A stretch of 64,000 nucleotides of DNA from NCBI GenBank assembly GCA_944376495.1, contig CALWCW010000066.1:3299-67298 (forward strand). Direction: 5' to 3'. Positions 52,234 to 61,757 of this stretch are shown here, one piece after another. The position numbers and the translations under genes were made by a program. The notes under the pieces were generated by a model. That model saw nothing but the letters and a program-made list of their open reading frames with translations, had not been told where the DNA came from and searched no databases. The DNA is from an uncultured Clostridia bacterium. Lineage in GTDB: Bacteria > Bacillota > Clostridia > Christensenellales > UBA1242. Every line of letters begins with the position of its first letter. Position 1 is the stretch's first letter.

Positions 52234-53372
52234 AATACAATAAAATAGATAAAATGCTTTTACAAATTGTTTCATTTTTGGAAACTGATAAAAAATGGGA
52301 TTGCATTGTTAAAGCAAATGATTACATAAGGTTGAAAAATATTTTTAAAAATAAAATTATTCACGTTTTAAATGAATATCCTTTTATTAAATCTTTTAGA
52401 GTTAAAGCAAGCAAAAAAGAGATTGCACTTCTTTCAAATATGAGTCAAGTTCAATTTATTTCTTCGGTCAGCAAGGCCTCTGTTTTAATGAATATTTCAA
52501 AAAAAATATTAGGAATTGAAAGTTCAAGTTTGACGGGGAAGGGCTTAACGGTTGCATTTATTGATACTGGTATTTATGAGCATCCAGATTTTGTTGTCGG
52601 TGAAAAGCGCATAATTTTTTTTAAGGATTTTATCAATAACAAAGAAAAATGCTATGATGATAACGGGCATGGCACTTTTGTAAGTGGTGTTTGCTCTGGC
52701 AATGGTGCGATGTCGGGAGGGAAGTTCTCTGGTATTGCTCCGCAATCAAACATTATAAGTCTTAAAGCACTTAATGGTCTAGGTGAGGCGTCTGCAGATA
52801 AAATTTTAGATGCTATGGAATGGGTATTTAATAATTATAAAAAGTATAACATTAGAGTGGTTTGTATGAGTTTTGGCAGTGAACCGCTTGGCTATAATGA
52901 TCCTATTATGGCGGGTGCTGAAGCGTTGTGGCAAGAAGGTATTGTCGTTGTGGCAGCAGCGGGGAATAGTGGTCCAGAATTTCAAACAATCAAAAGTCCA
53001 GGTGTTTCAAGTAAAATAATAACGGTAGGCGGGTTTAATGATAATCGTATAGATTTAGATAATTTTGATGAACATTTTTTTGAGGTCGCAGAATTTTCTT
53101 CTAGGGGACCAGCGTTTAAAAGGTTCAAACCAGATTTAGTCGCTCCTTCAGTTGACATAGTATCTTGTGGACGAGATAAACCTTACACAACTTTAAGCGG
53201 AACTTCTGTCGCAACTCCTATGATTGCAGGATGTGCTTTGATTCTTTTAGAAAAAGAGCCTTATCTTTCTCCCAATGAGGTAAAACGCACATTGCTAGGA
53301 AATTGTCATGCAATTTGCTATAATAAAAACCTTGAGGGGTATGGTTATCCTGTTATAAATAAGTTAATTTAA
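52230..53372 (+). CDS. Subtilisin-like serine protease (peptidase S8) with an N-terminal propeptide-like region
   Basis: Catalytic triad contexts VAFIDTGI (Asp), HGTFVSG (His) and SGTSVATPMIAG (Ser). Confidence 0.85.
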   Translation: MKYNKIDKMLLQIVSFLETDKKWDCIVKANDYIRLKNIFKNKIIHVLNEYPFIKSFRVKASKKEIALLSNMSQVQFISSVSKASVLMNISKKILGIESSSLTGKGLTVAFIDTGIYEHPDFVVGEKRIIFFKDFINNKEKCYDDNGHGTFVSGVCSGNGAMSGGKFSGIAPQSNIISLKALNGLGEASADKILDAMEWVFNNYKKYNIRVVCMSFGSEPLGYNDPIMAGAEALWQEGIVVVAAAGNSGPEFQTIKSPGVSSKIITVGGFNDNRIDLDNFDEHFFEVAEFSSRGPAFKRFKPDLVAPSVDIVSCGRDKPYTTLSGTSVATPMIAGCALILLEKEPYLSPNEVKRTLLGNCHAICYNKNLEGYGYPVINKLI

Positions 53373-53535
53373 TAAAATTGAAAAAAGTAAATACGCAGTC
53401 ATTTTTTGACCATTGCCTCAATCGTTACTCTATTGTTATATTAATTTGTAAACTCTAAAACGCATAGCATTTTTTAAATTTATAAAATATCACATTAAAT
53501 ATAATAACATTTTGTATAATTTAAAATAAAAAAAT

Positions 53536-53568
53536 AAAAAATAGCCAAGTAAAGTTGGCTGATTTTTT
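53536..53568. terminator. Bidirectional terminator between convergent genes
   Basis: AAAAAAT-AGCCAA-gtaaag-TTGGCT-GATTTTTT. Confidence 0.7.
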
Positions 53569-53592
53569 GCTTATAAATTGTAAACTTATTGG

Positions 53593-53922
53593 TTAATTTA
53601 ACTCTATTGAAACTTCTGTAAATTGATTGATGTTTTTGCAAGCAGTTTTTTTGTTTGCAAGTTTGATTAATTTTCTTCCTGTTAAAGCTTTTTTAGTTGA
53701 AATTTTTTGAATGTTGAATTTTTGAGTATCATACTCTTTTAAATCAGCAAATGAAAGATATTTTCCTTCTTCCGACTTAAATAAATAGATTAAATTATTT
53801 TTAGATTTTGTTGAATAAACTTCTGAAAATTTCAATTTCTTTAAAGATTTCAACTTTGCTTTTGTTTCTCTTTGTTTTTCCTTATACAAGACATAATCAT
53901 ACAATACATTTTTAAATTCCAT
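53593..53922 (-). CDS. Hypothetical 109-aa basic protein
   Basis: SD AAAGGAGAA. ORF only. Confidence 0.55.
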   Translation of the reverse strand: MEFKNVLYDYVLYKEKQRETKAKLKSLKKLKFSEVYSTKSKNNLIYLFKSEEGKYLSFADLKEYDTQKFNIQKISTKKALTGRKLIKLANKKTACKNINQFTEVSIELN

Positions 53923-54153
53923 AAATATTCTCCTTTTATTTTTCTTTTCTATTTTAGCGTCACAATTATAACACTTTAAATTTTATTGTCAATAGACTTT
54001 TCAAAAATTTCTTAAAAAATTTATAAAAATTTTTACATTTTTTTATGAATAATATATTTTAAGTGTTATGATTATTTTTATATAAATATTTATTAATTTA
54101 TTTGGAAATAAATGTCTAATGTTGTAAAATATTGTTATATTAAAGGATAAATT

Positions 54154-54813
54154 ATGAAAAACTTTTTTAGTGAATTTAAGAAATTTATAAGTCGAGGAAA
54201 TATTCTTGATATGGCTGTCGGTGTCATCATCGGTGCTGCTTTTAGTGCAATTGTCACTTCTTTAGTAAATAAAATTTTAATGCCTATCGTCAATCTTGCT
54301 GTTTATGCCTGCACAGGGGGAAATGGTATATCATTAATCACCGTTTTGAATGGCGAGGAATATATGATTACAGACTCAACAGGTGCTAATGTTATAAACC
54401 CAGCATGTATTTATATTGATTGGGGAGATTTTATTCAAGCAGTTGTAAACTTTATAATTGTCGCTTTAGTAATTTTTACTATTATTAGAATTATCATGAA
54501 GAGTAAGGGCTTTTTAAAGAATATGGAAACTAAAGCAATGAAAGGCAAACTTACAAGAGCTCAAAGAAAAGATTGCAAAGCAAAAGGTATTAATATTAAA
54601 GATAAAGAGGCTGTGAAAGCATATTTAGAAGAACAGGCTCAAAAGAAAGCAGACGAAGAGGCAAAGAAAAAAGAACAGGAAGAACTTGAAAAGCAAAATT
54701 CTACAAACTATATTTTAAAAGAAATTCGTGACCTTTTAAAAGAAAATAAAACTGAAGAGGCTGTGCAAGTTCTAGAACAAACTCAAGATAGTCAAGAAAA
54801 CAAAAATAGATGA
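54154..54813 (+). CDS. mscL: Large-conductance mechanosensitive channel MscL, with enlarged loop and long charged C-terminal extension
   Basis: N-terminus FKKFISRGNILDMAVGVIIGAAFSAIVTSLVNKILMPIV. 219 aa, which is longer than the MscL proteins I know. Confidence 0.85.
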   Translation: MKNFFSEFKKFISRGNILDMAVGVIIGAAFSAIVTSLVNKILMPIVNLAVYACTGGNGISLITVLNGEEYMITDSTGANVINPACIYIDWGDFIQAVVNFIIVALVIFTIIRIIMKSKGFLKNMETKAMKGKLTRAQRKDCKAKGINIKDKEAVKAYLEEQAQKKADEEAKKKEQEELEKQNSTNYILKEIRDLLKENKTEEAVQVLEQTQDSQENKNR

Positions 54814-54915
54814 TTTAGATTAAATCAATATAAGGATTTTATCGCAAAGCATATTATCATTAAATTATAATAATAAAGGTTGTTTATTTACAAGCAAAAT
54901 ATTTTAGGAGATACA

Positions 54916-55317
54916 ATGAGAACAAGTGCAAGAGCCATTATTTTTATAGATGGCAAATTATTGACGATGTTTAGAAGGAAAAGAAAAGATAACATTGTTA
55001 AAGAATATTATGTTATTCCAGGCGGTGGACAAAATGAGGGAGAGGCACTTGAAAATACCGTTAAAAGAGAATTGAGCGAAGAAATGGAGTTAAATATAGA
55101 AGTCGGAGATTTTCTTGGAAAACGTAAAACTGCAGAAACCGAAGAATATTATTTCTTTTGCAAAGTTAAAAGTGGTGTGCCAAAGTTGAGTGGTGAAGAA
55201 CTAGAACGCATGACTGAAGATAATTTTTACGAACCTAGGCTTGTTGATATACAAGATTTAGACAAAATTGATATTAGCGGAAAAGATTTTATTAATAAAG
55301 CATTGCAGTTAAATTAA
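54916..55317 (+). CDS. NUDIX hydrolase
   Basis: Nudix box GGGQNEGEALENTVKRELSEEMEL. ATG at 54916 after AGGAGA. Confidence 0.82.
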   Translation: MRTSARAIIFIDGKLLTMFRRKRKDNIVKEYYVIPGGGQNEGEALENTVKRELSEEMELNIEVGDFLGKRKTAETEEYYFFCKVKSGVPKLSGEELERMTEDNFYEPRLVDIQDLDKIDISGKDFINKALQLN

Positions 55318-55331
55318 GCAATGTTTTTATT

Positions 55332-56552
55332 TTACTGTTTTATGGTAATTTTCGATGTGGAGAAAAAAAATGATAGATAGGGAGAAGGAGATTTTCCTAA
55401 TATTAAATTGACAAGATTTTTTGCTCCATATATTGAATAGACTATTCCATTTGCTCCATAACCTAAATTATAAAATAAATTTTTAATTCTTTCATCTTCG
55501 CCGATAACCGAAAGGTTGTTTTTTGTTGTCGAAAAAACTCCACAAAATTTATAGTCAATATTGACATATTCTAATTGTGAAAACATTTCTATTGCATATT
55601 GTTTTAGCATTTGATATTTTTTTACTGCATCCTTATCTTTTATAAAATCACCTTTAAATAAGATATCTTCACCGCCAATTATAAGTCGGTTATTAGGAGA
55701 AAGACGCAAATAATGATAGGGGTCAGAATTATCTTGCAATAGTTCTCCATTCCATAACTTCTTTTTTAATGGTTCAGTAACGATTGTATAACTAATATAT
55801 TTTTCACACAATTTTTTATTAGTGAAAAGCAAACTATTATAGCCAGTGCAACAGATTAAATATTTACAATTAATCTTGACACCATAGTTTGTTATTATTT
55901 CAAACATATCATCTTTTTTTATTACTTGTTTAGCCTCTGTATTTTCAAAAATTTTTATTTTATTTTTTATGTAATCTATCAATTGTTTTTCAAAAAGGTA
56001 AGGATTAAATTCGGCTCCACCATTTTTAGCAAGCAATCCTGTTTTTAAAGAAAATGGGAAAGGGTTATGTATTTCATCTACATAATAAACAGGGAATTTG
56101 TTGTTTTTACGAAATTCAAACTCTCTAATAATCTCCTTTTTATCTCCTTTTTTAGTTGAAAATATTAGGGTATCTCTTTTATTATATTGACACTTATTGC
56201 CTAATTTTCTAATTATCAAATCTATATCTTTAAGAGCATTTAAACCAACTCTGTAAATGTTTACGACATCTTCTTTGGTGAAAAATCTTTTCAAATCATT
56301 TGCATGGTCATCTAATTGATATTCTAATAGAGCGGTAGCACAACTTGTATTTAAAAAGCCTAAACGATTTTTATCGATTAAAATAGTGTCTAAATTATTT
56401 TCGGCAAAATAATAGGCAGTTATTGCTCCATCAATACCTCCGCCAACAATTAGACAATCACAACTAATGTCATAATCAAGATATGGAAAACTTTGTATTT
56501 TTTCTGTCACATCACAAAAATATGGCTTTCCTTTAACATATTCTTTAATCAT
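55332..56552 (-). CDS. FAD-dependent oxidoreductase (DAO-like)
   Basis: N-terminal dinucleotide fold CLIVGGGIDGAITAYYF. 406 aa. SD AAGGAGA. Confidence 0.75.
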   Translation of the reverse strand: MIKEYVKGKPYFCDVTEKIQSFPYLDYDISCDCLIVGGGIDGAITAYYFAENNLDTILIDKNRLGFLNTSCATALLEYQLDDHANDLKRFFTKEDVVNIYRVGLNALKDIDLIIRKLGNKCQYNKRDTLIFSTKKGDKKEIIREFEFRKNNKFPVYYVDEIHNPFPFSLKTGLLAKNGGAEFNPYLFEKQLIDYIKNKIKIFENTEAKQVIKKDDMFEIITNYGVKINCKYLICCTGYNSLLFTNKKLCEKYISYTIVTEPLKKKLWNGELLQDNSDPYHYLRLSPNNRLIIGGEDILFKGDFIKDKDAVKKYQMLKQYAIEMFSQLEYVNIDYKFCGVFSTTKNNLSVIGEDERIKNLFYNLGYGANGIVYSIYGAKNLVNLILGKSPSPYLSFFFSTSKITIKQ

Positions 56553-56823
56553 ATATCTCCTTTTTTATCTTTTAAATAGTTAATTGTATTAGGCAATAAA
56601 TAATATTTATACATTTTTTATTCTTTCTCAAATATGAAAAAATATTTCAAAATGTATATTAATAATTGTTTCTATTCATTTTTAGTTTTTACATAATAGT
56701 TAAATTAATTTAAAATTACAAAGATAAAACATTACTATAATTTTGTCGAATTTAACTAAAAAATCTTTGCAAAATTGGACAATTTATGGTAAGATTTAAA
56801 TTGATGAGAATAAAGGAGAGATT

Positions 56824-58377
56824 ATGCAAATTGCAATAACTGGTATCACTGGTAATATGGGACAGGCGGTTTTAAAACATATTATTGATATTAAAGAAAT
56901 AGACAATATAAAACTTCTTGTTTTAGAAGATGATAAAAGAATAAAAAAAATATTAAAAAAATATGCTAAATATAAAGATAAATTGAATGTTATGCTTGGT
57001 AATCTTAAGGATTTTAATAAGTGTGAGGAACTTGTTAAGGGCTGTAGTTACGTCATTAACCTTGCTGCAGTTATTCCGCCTCATTCAGACCAAGAACCTA
57101 AAAAAGCAATTGAATGTAACGAAATAGGAGTTAACAATTTAGTAACAGCCATTGAAAAGATAAAATTTAAACAACCAAGATTCATACATATTTCAACTGT
57201 CGCTTTATATGGCAATAGAAATCACAAACATCCATGGGGCAGGGTCGGTGACCCGTTGCTTGTAAGCCCATTTGATATTTATTCAGTTACAAAGATGAGA
57301 GGCGAGTTTAGGGTTTTAGAATCTGAAATTGAAAATTTTGTCGTGTTAAGACAAACCGCAATGCTTCATGAGAATATGTTAAATGACAATATGAGTGATG
57401 GACTTATGTTTCATACTTGTTTCAATGCACCACTTGACTGGGTAACTGCTAATAATAGTGGTCTTTTAATTGCAAACATTTTAAAAAGAGATATAACAGA
57501 AGATTTATCAAAAGTCTTTTGGAGAAAGTGTTTTAATATATCTGGAGGCGAAAGAAATTGCGTCACAGGTTATGACACATTAAACGATGGTTTTGCAATA
57601 ATTGGTGGAAGCGTTAAAGACTTTTTTAAGCCAAACTATAATGCAACAAGAAATTTTCATGGTGTGTGGTTTTATGATGGCGAAAAGTTGAATGATTTAT
57701 TTAATTATCAAAGCGAATCGGTTGATTTCTTTTGGAGAGACTTTGCAAAAAATCATTCTTATTTAAAGGCAGGTAAAATTGTTCCTAAATCTTTAATTAG
57801 TAAGTTTGCTATACAAAGATTGTTTAAAAGTGAAAATTCGCCAAAATATTGGTTAAAAAATCACGATGATGCAAAAGTTATGGCTTATTTTAAAGGTTAT
57901 GAAAATTATGATAAAATTGGTGAAGATTGGTCTAATTTTGACCTTTTAATTGAAAATAGAGCGGATGGACAAGAAGTGGATTACAAGGCTTTAAAAGATA
58001 AATCAAATGCTAAACTTATTGATTATAAGTTCGACTATACAAAAAATGATGATGAAATTGATATAGATGACTTGAAAGCAGTTGCTAAAGCACATGGTGG
58101 TAAACTTTTAACTCAAGCATATAATAAAGGTGATATGAGAAGCAAGCTTGAATGGCAAACAAGCGAAGGCGATAGATTTTTCGCAAATGCCTATACTGTG
58201 TTAAGAGCAGGACACTGGATGAACGATACTTATAAGAAATATTGCTGGAATTTTGATAAACTTGCAAAACAAGATGAGATTTATGCTCAAATATGGTTTG
58301 ATTCTCATGATGAAGATGAAAATCAATATTATTATTTTGATGAAAATTTTAATGCTCATGCAGAGAAGAGGGATTAG
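56824..58377 (+). CDS. NAD(P)-dependent epimerase/dehydratase-family (extended SDR) protein with an uncharacterised 200-aa C-terminal domain
   Basis: Rossmann ITGITGNMGQ and catalytic YSVTK (YxxxK). W/Y-rich C-terminal extension. Confidence 0.7.
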   Translation: MQIAITGITGNMGQAVLKHIIDIKEIDNIKLLVLEDDKRIKKILKKYAKYKDKLNVMLGNLKDFNKCEELVKGCSYVINLAAVIPPHSDQEPKKAIECNEIGVNNLVTAIEKIKFKQPRFIHISTVALYGNRNHKHPWGRVGDPLLVSPFDIYSVTKMRGEFRVLESEIENFVVLRQTAMLHENMLNDNMSDGLMFHTCFNAPLDWVTANNSGLLIANILKRDITEDLSKVFWRKCFNISGGERNCVTGYDTLNDGFAIIGGSVKDFFKPNYNATRNFHGVWFYDGEKLNDLFNYQSESVDFFWRDFAKNHSYLKAGKIVPKSLISKFAIQRLFKSENSPKYWLKNHDDAKVMAYFKGYENYDKIGEDWSNFDLLIENRADGQEVDYKALKDKSNAKLIDYKFDYTKNDDEIDIDDLKAVAKAHGGKLLTQAYNKGDMRSKLEWQTSEGDRFFANAYTVLRAGHWMNDTYKKYCWNFDKLAKQDEIYAQIWFDSHDEDENQYYYFDENFNAHAEKRD

Positions 58378-58381
58378 TTAA

Positions 58382-59251
58382 ATGAAATTTTTAATATGCT
58401 ATTTTTCTGGGACTGGAAACACTAAAAAAATTGTTGATAAATATAAAGAAGAATTAGAATTAAAGAAAGTTGAGGTAGATACAAAAAAGATTGAGGAAGA
58501 GTTAAATTTTGATATTAATGAATATGATGTGCTTATGATTGCTTATCCTGTTCACGCATTTAATGCTCCGTCTATCGTTCTAGATTTTGCGAAAAAACTT
58601 TCAAAAACTGAAAAACAAAAACGCCTTATCATTATAAAGACCTCGGGCGAGCCTTTGGCTTTGAACAATATTTCTTCTCAAAAACTTGTAAAAATTTTAA
58701 AAAAGAAAAATTATATTTTGACTAATGAATATCATTATGTTATGCCTTATAACATAATCTTTAGGCACAGCGATAATATGGCATATAAAATGTGGAATAC
58801 AGCCCAAAATGTTATACCTATTGATTGTAAGGAAATTCTTAAAAATAAAGAAAATAAATTAAAAAAGGTCTTTATGGGAAATGTTCTTCTTTGGCTTTTC
58901 CAAATTGAGCATTGGGGTGGTAGATTTAATGGCAAAAGATATAAAGTTAACGAAAAATGTATTAAATGTCAAAAATGCGTCCGAAATTGTCCAACAAATA
59001 ATATAAAAATTGAGAACGGCGAATTCAAGTTTGGAAAGAATTGTTTGATGTGCATGAGATGTTCTTTTCTATGCCCAACAAATTCTATTAAAATAGGTCT
59101 TTTTGAGAAATGGAAGGTCAACGGTGAATATAATTTTGACAATTACAATGAAAATGAAGAACAAAACCATAAAAAATATTGCAAAAAGTCCTATAATAAA
59201 TACTTTAAACGTTGTGAAGATAAAATAAAAAAAGATAAGGAAGTAATTTAA
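58382..59251 (+). CDS. Flavodoxin-like / 2x[4Fe-4S] ferredoxin fusion protein (EFR1-type)
   Basis: Flavodoxin-like ICYFSGTGNT. Two Cys clusters CIKCQKCVRNCP and CLMCMRCSFLCP. Confidence 0.75.
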   Translation: MKFLICYFSGTGNTKKIVDKYKEELELKKVEVDTKKIEEELNFDINEYDVLMIAYPVHAFNAPSIVLDFAKKLSKTEKQKRLIIIKTSGEPLALNNISSQKLVKILKKKNYILTNEYHYVMPYNIIFRHSDNMAYKMWNTAQNVIPIDCKEILKNKENKLKKVFMGNVLLWLFQIEHWGGRFNGKRYKVNEKCIKCQKCVRNCPTNNIKIENGEFKFGKNCLMCMRCSFLCPTNSIKIGLFEKWKVNGEYNFDNYNENEEQNHKKYCKKSYNKYFKRCEDKIKKDKEVI

Positions 59252-59267
59252 AATTTCCTTATTTTTT
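59237..59267 (+). terminator. Rho-independent terminator overlapping the stop codon
   Basis: AAGGAAG-taatttaaaa-TTTCCTT followed by ATTTTTT. Confidence 0.6.
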
Positions 59268-59352
59268 ATATTTTTTTATAATTTTATTTATAAATGTTTA
59301 ATAAAATAAACACTAGAAAAATTATTAATGATTTTATAAAATTATATTTTTA

Positions 59353-60330
59353 TTATGATTTTTTGTCATTATTTAGATTTTTTTCATTTGTATTTTCTTT
59401 ATTTATAATATCTTTAAATATTTTATAACTGACTTGTTTCGGAATGCCAACGCTTTTGTCTTCTTGAACCTCTTTTGTTTTTTCTTTTTCTTCATTTTTG
59501 TCAGTTTTATGATTTATTGAGTTATTCTTTATTTCGTTATCTGTATCTGTTTCTTCACTATAGTTTATAAGAAGAGGCTTTTCTTCGCTTTTCTGTGCTT
59601 GTTTATTTTTGTTCGTTAGTTTTGCACCTAAATTTACAACAAATTTTTCAATTTGGGATTGATATTTGTAACTGACATAAAATAAAACTAAGCAAATTAT
59701 AATAAGAACTATCCAAACAGGAATACCCCATCCGCTATACGGTATTAACTGTCCGCTTCCCAAAAAGCAGGTTGTGGCTATTGTTATAGGCCTTGTGATA
59801 AGGTTGGTGATTATAAAAAATCGATAACTCATATTGACTGTCCCTGCGACAATACATAAAATATCATCTGGGAATAATGGTAAAAGCATCATTAAAAAGT
59901 AAACGAATTTTCCTTGCCTTAATTTCTCTTCCCATTTTAACGTAGTCTTTTCTCCAGCAACCCAAACAACCAATCTTCTGCCAATCTTTTTGCCTAAAAA
60001 GAAGGCAAACAAACTTCCTGAAAAAACTGCAAGAAAACTTATACCCAAAGTTATCCAAGGACCAAATAGTAAGGTTCCTGCGACTGTTGTGACAGCTGCA
60101 GGTATTGGAATTAAGGTTGTTTGTAAAAATTGAATAATAAAAAATATTATATAACTATATGCTCCAAAACTTAATATAACATCTTTTAATTTTTCCGCAC
60201 TATCAATTTTTTCAAGTGTTCCAGTAAGTTCTAGGGGAAGGTATATTGCAAGAAATATTAAAATTAAAGCAACTATAATAATAGTGAGTTTTATTATTTT
60301 TTGTTTGGTTTCTTGTTTTATTTTTGCCAT
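59353..60330 (-). CDS. TVP38/TMEM64 (DedA-superfamily) membrane protein with an N/K/E-rich C-terminal extension
   Basis: Multiple TM segments and the LLPLFPDDILCIVAG motif typical of the family. About 90-aa low-complexity tail. Confidence 0.78.
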   Translation of the reverse strand: MAKIKQETKQKIIKLTIIIVALILIFLAIYLPLELTGTLEKIDSAEKLKDVILSFGAYSYIIFFIIQFLQTTLIPIPAAVTTVAGTLLFGPWITLGISFLAVFSGSLFAFFLGKKIGRRLVVWVAGEKTTLKWEEKLRQGKFVYFLMMLLPLFPDDILCIVAGTVNMSYRFFIITNLITRPITIATTCFLGSGQLIPYSGWGIPVWIVLIIICLVLFYVSYKYQSQIEKFVVNLGAKLTNKNKQAQKSEEKPLLINYSEETDTDNEIKNNSINHKTDKNEEKEKTKEVQEDKSVGIPKQVSYKIFKDIINKENTNEKNLNNDKKS

Positions 60331-60336
60331 ATTAAT

Positions 60337-60366
60337 ATTATAGCATATTTATTGAAAAGATTGCAA
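60337..60366 (-). promoter_or_regulatory. Promoter TTGCAA-18-TATAAT, 6 nt before the ATG (leaderless architecture)
   Basis: Minus strand: -35 at 60366-60361 and -10 at 60342-60337, then ATTAAT and the ATG at 60330. No SD. Confidence 0.65.
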
Positions 60367-60403
60367 GGTGTTTATGTTTGATTTTGTTACTTTTCAATAA
60401 AAA

Positions 60404-60493
60404 GGGCTAGGAAGCATTTTGAACTTCGTTCAAAATAGAAAAGGCTTTGCTTTTTCTGCCTTAAACTTTAAGTTTAAGGCAGCTTCCTAGCCC
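60404..60493. repeat. Cloverleaf-like nested-palindrome element, copy 3
   Basis: Closing stem GGGCTAGGAAGC/GCTTCCTAGCCC (12 bp) encloses ATTTTGAAC-ttc-GTTCAAAAT, AGAAAAGG-ctttg-CTTTTTCT and GCCTTAAAC-tttaa-GTTTAAGGC. Confidence 0.7.
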
Positions 60494-60582
60494 GCCACAT
60501 AATTTAAACATAATGTCAATTTTTATCAACTCATTGTTTTTTAACTAATTGATGTTTTTAATTAAATAAACAAAAATGGATT

Positions 60583-61530
60583 TTAAATATTTTTAATACC
60601 ATACTGTTTTAATAGTAAATTATATTCTTTTGGACAGCGAAGTTTATATGCGAAATACTTAAAAGAGGTTTTATAAATATCTTCCCAAGCCTTAACTTGA
60701 GGCAAGTATTGCTTATATAAACCAACTTGCTCCAAATAATTTCTTATAATGAGCATACTTCTTAATGAACTTTCAAGTTGCTTTAAGAATTTTTCTTTAC
60801 TTTTAAAAGCAAACGACTGGTTGTCATGAACGCAATAATGCAGTTGAGTTCCGTGAACATTTACGACATTATTTGCATTTGATAAAAAGACTATTGAATA
60901 AACATTGTCCTCACCACTTAAAAGACCTTCTGCACTTTTAGCAATTTCTTCTAAATATGGCTTACATTTTTCAAATAATGAACGAGAAATCATTTTGTTC
61001 CACACATACAAATAGTCTTGTTTTATTTGTTGATTTTCACAAAGATATTTAAAAAACTCTCCATTTTTGAAATTAATATTTTGTTTTAGAAGAAAGGAGA
61101 AGGGTTTTAAAATTTGTTTATTTTTCACGTCTGTTTTTAAAAAATCAGAGAAACAAACATCAGCATTTGAAGAAATCATCTTATTGACAACTGTTTCATA
61201 GTAATTATTTTCCACATAGTCGTCACTATCAAGAAATGCAATATAATCACCAGTGCAAGCACAAAGAGCGGTCCATCTTGCAAGATAAAGACTTTTATTT
61301 TTTTCATGATTGATAAGAGTGGCATTCTTCATTTTTTTGACAGCCTTTTGAAGTATCTTTTGACAACTATCAGTTGATGCGTCATTGACAAAAATAATCT
61401 CTAAATTATCATATGTCTGCTTTTTTAAAGAGTCTATGCAGTTTTGAAGATAGTTTTCAACGTTATAAACTGGAACCAAAACCGACACTTTATGATTGTT
61501 TGATTTTTTTCCTTTCTTTTTAAATAACAT
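60583..61530 (-). CDS. Family 2 glycosyltransferase
   Basis: VSVLVPVYNVENYLQNCIDSLKKQTYDNLEIIFVNDASTD and the DxD region LDSDD. Confidence 0.85.
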   Translation of the reverse strand: MLFKKKGKKSNNHKVSVLVPVYNVENYLQNCIDSLKKQTYDNLEIIFVNDASTDSCQKILQKAVKKMKNATLINHEKNKSLYLARWTALCACTGDYIAFLDSDDYVENNYYETVVNKMISSNADVCFSDFLKTDVKNKQILKPFSFLLKQNINFKNGEFFKYLCENQQIKQDYLYVWNKMISRSLFEKCKPYLEEIAKSAEGLLSGEDNVYSIVFLSNANNVVNVHGTQLHYCVHDNQSFAFKSKEKFLKQLESSLRSMLIIRNYLEQVGLYKQYLPQVKAWEDIYKTSFKYFAYKLRCPKEYNLLLKQYGIKNI

Positions 61531-61757
61531 TTTTTCACCTTTAGCAAAATTATAGCATATTAAAAAAAAATTTAAAAATACAAATCAGTTTTTTTGAAGA
61601 ATATAAAATTAATTTTATATTATAATATAAATAAAAACGGATAATATTTAATAATTACCTAACAATTAATTATAAACTTGAGTTTTAACTGAAATATTCT
61701 TTTTATTTATTTGACAATTATATTTCAAAATGATATTTTATTATTAAGGAGAAAATT

